DNA of 64,000 nucleotides. Origin: Candidatus Gottesmanbacteria bacterium (GTDB lineage Bacteria > Patescibacteriota > Microgenomatia > UBA10105 > UBA927). The notes under the pieces were generated by a model, which saw only the letters and a list, made by a program, of their open reading frames with translations, did not search any database and was not told the DNA's origin. Location: the NCBI GenBank assembly GCA_963701185.1, contig OY969569.1, forward strand, positions 318,268-382,267, in the 5' to 3' direction. Below, one piece after another: positions 58,711 through 64,000 of this stretch; positions within the stretch are counted from its first letter, which is position 1; every line of letters begins with the position of its first letter. Made by a program: the position numbers and the translations under genes.

Positions 58711-59129
58711 AAAAAATATTTATTATTTTCGCAGGTATTCTCCTACTATTTACTCTGTACTATTATTTCCGCCACCCGATAGGGAAAAGGGCGATGATAA
58801 ACGGACACACGATCAGGTTGCTCCTTGCGGTGACGGAATCGGAGAAAGAAAAAGGCTTGGGATACAGGGATTCGCTCGCCGAGGGCACCGGAATGCTTTT
58901 TATCTACGCCCGTCCGGAAAGGTACGGGTTCTGGATGAAAGGCATGCGGTTCCCGCTGGATTTTATCTGGATCAACGGCAATACCGTCGCGGATCTGACA
59001 GAAAACGTTCAAACCAGCGCTCCTGCATTTGCGCCGCGCGTTCCTGTCGATAAGGTGCTTGAGGTCAATGCCGGTGTCGTTGAATCCTTAGGTGTCCGCG
59101 TAGGCGACCCTGTCCGTTTTACCGACTAA
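58707..59129 (+). CDS. DUF192-domain protein.
   Basis: The motifs are GLGYRDSLAEGTGMLFIY and FWMKGMRFPLDFIWIN. Confidence 0.7.
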   Translation: MKKIFIIFAGILLLFTLYYYFRHPIGKRAMINGHTIRLLLAVTESEKEKGLGYRDSLAEGTGMLFIYARPERYGFWMKGMRFPLDFIWINGNTVADLTENVQTSAPAFAPRVPVDKVLEVNAGVVESLGVRVGDPVRFTD

Positions 59130-59131
59130 TG

Positions 59132-59203
59132 CGCCCTTGGAGGGAATTGAACCTTCATCTAACCCTTAGAAGGGGCTTGCTCTATCCGTTGAGCTACAAG
59201 GGC
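59132..59203 (-). tRNA. tRNA-Arg (anticodon TCT).
   Basis: The acceptor is GCCCTTG/CAAGGGC, the D-arm is TAGCTCAACGGATAGAGC, the anticodon loop is CTTCTAA and the T-arm is GGTTCAATTCC. Confidence 0.85.
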
Positions 59204-59252
59204 TTAACATTACTGATCAGCCATTTAATATATTTTTTACTCTTATACGATT

Positions 59253-59387
59253 TTAATTTCCTTTCTCTTTCTCTCGCTTGTTTTTCCGTACTATATACTT
59301 CTTTATAAACAAGCGCTCTAAATTATTCGTAGATCCTATATAAAATCTGTCATTTTGTTCATTATGCAATATATAAAGGAAAAACAT
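59253..59387 (-). pseudogene. GIY-YIG nuclease-domain fragment.
   Basis: It reads MFFLYILHNEQNDRFYIGSTNNLERL, the GIY-YIG core only (about 45 aa). The longer track ORF runs into tRNA-Gly. Confidence 0.35.
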
Positions 59388-59431
59388 AATGCCCCTCCGA
59401 TTACATCGGGGTTGAGCTACAGGAGCCGCTG

Positions 59432-59503
59432 AGCGGCATAGGGGAATCGAACCCCTCACATCAACTTTGGAAAAGTTGCGTTCTACCAATGAACTAATGC
59501 CGC
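59432..59503 (-). tRNA. tRNA-Gly (anticodon TCC).
   Basis: The acceptor is GCGGCAT/ATGCCGC, the anticodon loop is TTTCCAA and the T-arm is GGGTTCGATTCCC. Confidence 0.85.
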
Positions 59504-59524
59504 ACTCATGCTATTATACCAAAT

Positions 59525-61219
59525 ATGATCGCAGTCCTCTTATTTCTTTTTGCGTTTGTCTTTCCGCCCAAGGCCTATGCCCTCTATAACCCCACGAGTG
59601 TGCCGAATAACAAATACGGTATCCATATTGTCGATACCAATAACATTGCCGACGTCGTGCCGCTCGTCAACAGCACGGGCGGAAACTGGGGGTACGTCAC
59701 GATGGTCTTATCCGACTCCGAACGCGATCACGACCGCTGGCAGAATATGTTTAACCAGATGCGCCGCGCACATCTCATTCCGATTGTGCGCCTGGCGACA
59801 CACGTTGAGGGAAAAGCCTGGGTAAAGCCGAATAAAGACAGGTTCTACGAGCTTGTCAAGTTACTCAACAGTCTGAACTGGCCCACGGAAAACCGCTACG
59901 TCATCCTCTACAACGAGCCCAACCATGCCAATGAATGGGGAGGAGAAATCAATCCGGAAGAGTACGCAGATTACCTTGTGACATTTGCGTCCGCGCTTAA
60001 AAGCGCCAATAGTGATTTTTTCATCCTGCCGGCGGGACTTGATGCCTCGGCAGGTGACGACGAAGCCATGGATGAGGGTGAATATCTCAAGCGCATGATC
60101 GCAGCAAAACCGGAAATTCTTACGCTCATTGACGGCTGGACGAGCCACAGCTACCCCAATCCCGGTTTTTCCGGGTCGCCCTGGGCCCGCGGCCGCGGAA
60201 CGCTCACCACCTATCAATGGGAACTTTCCTACCTTTCTTCACTGGGACTCACGAGGCAATTGCCGGTATTTATCACGGAAACAGGCTGGCAGCACAGTGA
60301 AGGGAAATCGTACGCCGGGGGTTTACTTTCAACTGACCAGGTAGGCGCAAATTTACTCATCGCAGCCAAAAACGTCTGGAGCGACACGAATATTGCGGCT
60401 GTCACCCCGTTTCTTTTTAGCTATCAGGACGTACCGTTTGATCATTTCTCCTTTAAACAACTGGGCAGTGATTCTTTTTATAGCCAATATTATGCCTATC
60501 AGGCAATCGCAAAAATAAAAGGCACGCCCACACAGCGCGAGTCGTATACGCTGACAACGGATTTTCTGCCCAAAACGCTTGTATCCGGCTCCACCTATAC
60601 GCTGACGGGGTCTGTGAAAAACGAAGGGCAGGGGATACTCGATCCGAAAGATGGGTATGAACTTGTTCTATCTGATAACTTTCCTATATTTATCGACCCA
60701 TTACCTCTGGTTGAACCCGGTAGTTCAGGCGCGATATCAATCCATCTGAAAACCCCAAACCAAACCGGTACGTTTGCCGTAAACGTGGCACTGCGGCATA
60801 ACGGAAAGGATATGCTCCTTGAGCACAGGGATATTACCCTCCTGCCCCCGCCGTCGGTCGCGATTCATGCAAACCTCGGATGGAGAAAGACAAGCGACGC
60901 CGGAGACGTCACCGTGCTTCTCTATGACAACCATACCCTTCTGCAAAAATTTACCGGATTATCCATGAAAAACGGGGTTGTGCGGGCTGAAAAACTCACC
61001 AACGTTATTCCGGGCAATCCGTACCGCATCGTCACGCTCGTTCACGGATATTTGCCGCGGCAGACAATCACTGCACTCGGTCCGGAAATGACGACGCTGT
61101 ACCCGAATCGTTTTCTCCCCTTAGATTTCAACAATGACGGAGCATTTACACTTGCGGATCTCATAGCGCTATCCCTGGTTCCGCCATGGACGGCAACCCT
61201 TCGCTTCTTCGGCCCGTAA
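59525..61219 (+). CDS. Secreted clan GH-A glycoside hydrolase (GH5/GH39-like) with a C-terminal dockerin repeat.
   Basis: There is a signal peptide. The acid/base motif is ILYNEPNHANEW and the nucleophile is FITETGW. The C-terminus carries LDFNNDGAFTLADLIAL. Confidence 0.6.
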   Translation: MIAVLLFLFAFVFPPKAYALYNPTSVPNNKYGIHIVDTNNIADVVPLVNSTGGNWGYVTMVLSDSERDHDRWQNMFNQMRRAHLIPIVRLATHVEGKAWVKPNKDRFYELVKLLNSLNWPTENRYVILYNEPNHANEWGGEINPEEYADYLVTFASALKSANSDFFILPAGLDASAGDDEAMDEGEYLKRMIAAKPEILTLIDGWTSHSYPNPGFSGSPWARGRGTLTTYQWELSYLSSLGLTRQLPVFITETGWQHSEGKSYAGGLLSTDQVGANLLIAAKNVWSDTNIAAVTPFLFSYQDVPFDHFSFKQLGSDSFYSQYYAYQAIAKIKGTPTQRESYTLTTDFLPKTLVSGSTYTLTGSVKNEGQGILDPKDGYELVLSDNFPIFIDPLPLVEPGSSGAISIHLKTPNQTGTFAVNVALRHNGKDMLLEHRDITLLPPPSVAIHANLGWRKTSDAGDVTVLLYDNHTLLQKFTGLSMKNGVVRAEKLTNVIPGNPYRIVTLVHGYLPRQTITALGPEMTTLYPNRFLPLDFNNDGAFTLADLIALSLVPPWTATLRFFGP

Positions 61220-61245
61220 CACAAAAATGATATAATGTGCCTATT

Positions 61246-61318
61246 GGTGACGTGTGCCGGACGGTTAGGCACCTCCCTGTGGAGGAGGCCATAACGGGTT
61301 CAACTCCCGTACGTCACC
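61246..61318 (+). tRNA. tRNA-His (anticodon GTG) with an encoded G-1.
   Basis: The extra 5' G pairs with discriminator C. The acceptor is GTGACGT/ACGTCAC, the anticodon loop is CTGTGGA and the T-arm is GGGTTCAACTCCC. A TATAAT lies 10 nt upstream. Confidence 0.85.
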
Positions 61319-61407
61319 CAAAAATACAAATATACTAAATAGGCTTTTAGAACAACCTAAATAGCTATTGATTGTTGGTTAATAACCGTGTAATATAGAG
61401 ACATAAA

Positions 61408-61442
61408 CGCCTCGTCTATGCGTAAGCCCGACGAGGTTTTTT
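61408..61442 (+). terminator. Rho-independent terminator downstream of tRNA-His.
   Basis: A cctcgtc/gacgagg stem is followed by TTTTTT. Confidence 0.5.
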
Positions 61443-61535
61443 GATGCGCTTATTCAGCAGGGAATCGAGAAGTTGTGTCTATTTTAAAATAAACCAGACC
61501 ACTCCAGTGCGACGAATGTGACATGCTGTGGAATG

Positions 61536-61802
61536 TTATACTATCTCAGCGTCTTCAAATCCTGCGGGCGGAGTAGTTTCATGATAAGTAAATCTAACTT
61601 TATGAACGGGCGTTTCCTGCATACGTGGTCCTCCCATAGCTATAAAAGTTGCACTCGCAATATTTGCCGCCGTATTGAATGCCGTCCTAGCTTTATGAGC
61701 AGCTACGGCGTTAAGTAATTTATCCATTTCTCCGGGAGCTGCTGGTTCATGTCCAGTTTTCCACTGTGCTCCACATCCTTTACATTCTGCTGCTGGTGCC
61801 AT
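61536..61802 (-). CDS. Small Cys-containing hypothetical protein with atypical codon usage.
   Basis: It is 88 aa with an N-terminal ECKGCGAQW. Its codons are strongly A/T-ending (gca, cca, gga, aaa), unlike neighbouring genes. Confidence 0.3.
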   Translation of the reverse strand: MAPAAECKGCGAQWKTGHEPAAPGEMDKLLNAVAAHKARTAFNTAANIASATFIAMGGPRMQETPVHKVRFTYHETTPPAGFEDAEIV

Positions 61803-61931
61803 AGTTTTTTCTCCTTTAGGGTATTAAAGCGATCTTTCTGGAAAAAGCAACACAACCGGTTCTAACTGGCTATCACCGAGGACCCAAAATAATCCCTTGC
61901 CCGCCCTCACCCTCTGCCATACAATGGATAC

Positions 61932-63272
61932 GTGACGTGGCACACCCTGATTAAAATATTTCTTATCGCGCTTTTGGTGCGTATTTTGTATTCCCTTGCG
62001 GCGCCGGCAATATATTTTAACGTGGATACGGAGGGCTATTACAACATAGGCATGGCTTTGTTTACCCATCCTTCGCTAGGCACTCTGATCACACCATATC
62101 GGACTCCGGCATATCCGATATTTCTCAACACAATCATGTACATGTTTGGCATAGGCGGTGTTCCATTCGGGTCACCCGCGTTCGTATGGGGTGCACAGTT
62201 TATCGTTGCCATACAAATGGTGGTAGGTTCTGCCGCATTCACGGCTTTCTCTCATGTACTATCACGTCTAATTCCCAAACGCACAGCTTGGTTGTTTGCC
62301 GTTTTTTTATTGTTTGACGTATTTGTCATCGGATGGGAACGCACACTCTTAACACAGGGGTTAGCGATTTCCGTCTCTCTCTTTATTACCGCCACACTTT
62401 TTCATATTCTTCTGCGGCCCACGGGGAATAAATTCTTCCTGCTATTTTTCTTCAGTACGCTCGGATTTTTCGTTCGACCCCAGTTCTTTGTCTTCCCGGT
62501 TGTCTCCATTCCACTCGTGGCATGGTATTTCCGGAAAAACGGGCGTATTATTTTTTTTGCCTGCCTCACGCTCGCAGCGACTGCAGTCATTCCGCTTATG
62601 TATGCTCGTATCAACTACATACAGTATAAATATTTCGGCCTTCAATTCGGAGGAGACATTGCTATATTAGGCCGTATTCTTGAGTTTCATGTCCCGATAG
62701 ATTCTGCCAAAACCAATACATATTTTTATACGACGGTCAGCGATTCCCGGGCCACAAACCGCATCACCATGCCCTTCCGGTTTCTCGAACAGTATGATCC
62801 CGCAATCTACGGAAAACCAGAGCGGCTCGTTCAACTGCAGGCATTCAATCAGACCGTGATCTTCCACACCTTCCCGCTTTTCGCGATAAAGGCACTGGGG
62901 ACCATTCCGGAAATACTCTTGGAGGTGTGCGACTTTACACTCGTACCGGCTCATAGCACATATCTTCTCACGCGCATTGTGTGGCTATTACAACAAGCGT
63001 ACGGGTTAGGTCAATATACAACCCTCGCTGTGCCTTTTTTGTGGATACCCATGGGAATTCTTTTTTTGGTAAAGCCGACGCGATGGAACGCAGTTATTGC
63101 TATAACCGGCACCATTGCTATGACTCAAATAATCTTAACAGCATTGACAATGTATAAAGATATCGGCGGACAATATGCACGAATTATTTCCCTTATCCGC
63201 CCGCACCTGTTTCTCTTTCTTCTCTTGTGCGCGGTAACCTGCATACGGATGTATCGAAAACGTCAGATCTGA
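61932..63272 (+). CDS. Polytopic membrane protein (GT-C-like glycosyltransferase fold or unknown).
   Basis: It is 446 aa with more than 10 TM helices and no soluble motif. Confidence 0.45.
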   Translation: MTWHTLIKIFLIALLVRILYSLAAPAIYFNVDTEGYYNIGMALFTHPSLGTLITPYRTPAYPIFLNTIMYMFGIGGVPFGSPAFVWGAQFIVAIQMVVGSAAFTAFSHVLSRLIPKRTAWLFAVFLLFDVFVIGWERTLLTQGLAISVSLFITATLFHILLRPTGNKFFLLFFFSTLGFFVRPQFFVFPVVSIPLVAWYFRKNGRIIFFACLTLAATAVIPLMYARINYIQYKYFGLQFGGDIAILGRILEFHVPIDSAKTNTYFYTTVSDSRATNRITMPFRFLEQYDPAIYGKPERLVQLQAFNQTVIFHTFPLFAIKALGTIPEILLEVCDFTLVPAHSTYLLTRIVWLLQQAYGLGQYTTLAVPFLWIPMGILFLVKPTRWNAVIAITGTIAMTQIILTALTMYKDIGGQYARIISLIRPHLFLFLLLCAVTCIRMYRKRQI

Positions 63273-63284
63273 TATACTTAACGC

Positions 63285-64000
63285 ATGGAATTATCACCGG
63301 TCGTCAAAGCGCTCCTGGCTGCATTTGAAAAAAAGAATCCCTCTTCCCGCGAAGGGCATCATCTTAACGTCTCTAAAACAATTTCGATTTTGGCGCGTAT
63401 TTATGAAAAAGCCAGAAACGCTGTTGAATTCCGCGCGGAACATCTAGTACGGCGCGCTTCCATTGAACGGATTCTTAAGCGGCGGATTATGCTGGGCGGC
63501 GGGGACAATGACATGGCCGAAAACCTTGTCGTAGAACTCCTCTGGGCCAGGTATATCGACAGCGCGCTTATTGATAACGGAAAAATCGCTGAAATTGACG
63601 CGATCATCAAACGGTATTTGCTCCTTAAGCGGGATTCATTCCGTTCAGCAGGAAAAAACGGCGGGGTGGAATGGGAGACGATCATGGGGCTTCTATCCTC
63701 GGAAATCGAGGACGCCCTTGTATCCGGCAAAAAACGCGAGGCACTCAACAACTTTGTCTATCAGGCCCTGCGGCCGAAAGTGCATATTGCCGACGGGGAC
63801 GAACGCTATGTTAATATGCAGACGTATATTGCCGTGGAACGGGCGTTCGCCCAATCGGATGACGCACTGGTCACCTACGAGCTCATGAAGATGATCCAGC
63901 CGTCGTGGTTTGGCCTCGCTGCAGATAAGGCCGCAACGGAATTTCCGCTTCTCTTACAAAATATACGGCTGGTCAAAACAAGCCTGCGTGATCCGGCGGG
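63285..64000 (+). CDS. Hypothetical protein, 3'-truncated by the window edge.
   Basis: The ATG at 63285 opens a stop-free frame to the end of the window (more than 238 codons; MELSPVVKALLAAFEKK...). It is not in the ORF track because no stop falls in the window. Confidence 0.4.
   Translation, partial: MELSPVVKALLAAFEKKNPSSREGHHLNVSKTISILARIYEKARNAVEFRAEHLVRRASIERILKRRIMLGGGDNDMAENLVVELLWARYIDSALIDNGKIAEIDAIIKRYLLLKRDSFRSAGKNGGVEWETIMGLLSSEIEDALVSGKKREALNNFVYQALRPKVHIADGDERYVNMQTYIAVERAFAQSDDALVTYELMKMIQPSWFGLAADKAATEFPLLLQNIRLVKTSLRDPA

Overview
This is a 64-kb gene-dense bacterial chromosomal segment using the standard genetic code (TAA, TAG and TGA all occur as stops). I infer a small-genome, Patescibacteria/CPR-like lineage from the archaeal-type gluconeogenic enzymes (fructose-1,6-bisphosphate aldolase/phosphatase, bifunctional PGI/PMI), the compact genes (a 413-aa UvrC) and the dockerin-tagged secreted enzymes. 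The core content is housekeeping: a DEAD-box helicase, tdk, dinB, metK with a possible SAM riboswitch, rarA, a NUDIX hydrolase, a PMM/PGM, PGI/PMI, a ppsA-eno-gpmI-fbp-acs gluconeogenic operon, rsmI, dedA, a lexA-uvrB-uvrA-(transglutaminase-like)-uvrC locus, secG, a solute-binding protein, a MacAB-like HlyD/ABC/FtsX efflux set, a polyprenyl synthase, DUF192 and a polysaccharide deacetylase. I read 12 tRNA genes directly from the sequence: Glu, Gln, Gly-GCC, an atypical Phe-like, Val, Leu-GAG, Leu-CAG, Leu-TAA, Pro, Arg-TCT, Gly-TCC and His. Several accessory features stand out. (1) An IS200/RAYT-like HuH tyrosine transposase is flanked by 24-nt REP-like hairpin repeats and carries two more copies in-frame inside its own ORF; further copies sit at the 3' ends of uvrB and uvrC. 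(2) A low-GC, roughly 8.5-kb decayed integrative island lies between tRNA-Val and tRNA-Leu(GAG). It holds an XRE regulator, a signal-peptidase-TPR fusion, a DnaJ-type zinc-finger ORF with an in-frame stop, a fragmented primase-like P-loop gene and a large serine recombinase broken by two frameshifts. (3) Three secreted enzymes carry dockerin modules. (4) A Phe-like tRNA has its 5' segment duplicated nearby. No CRISPR array, rRNA or intact defence system was seen.
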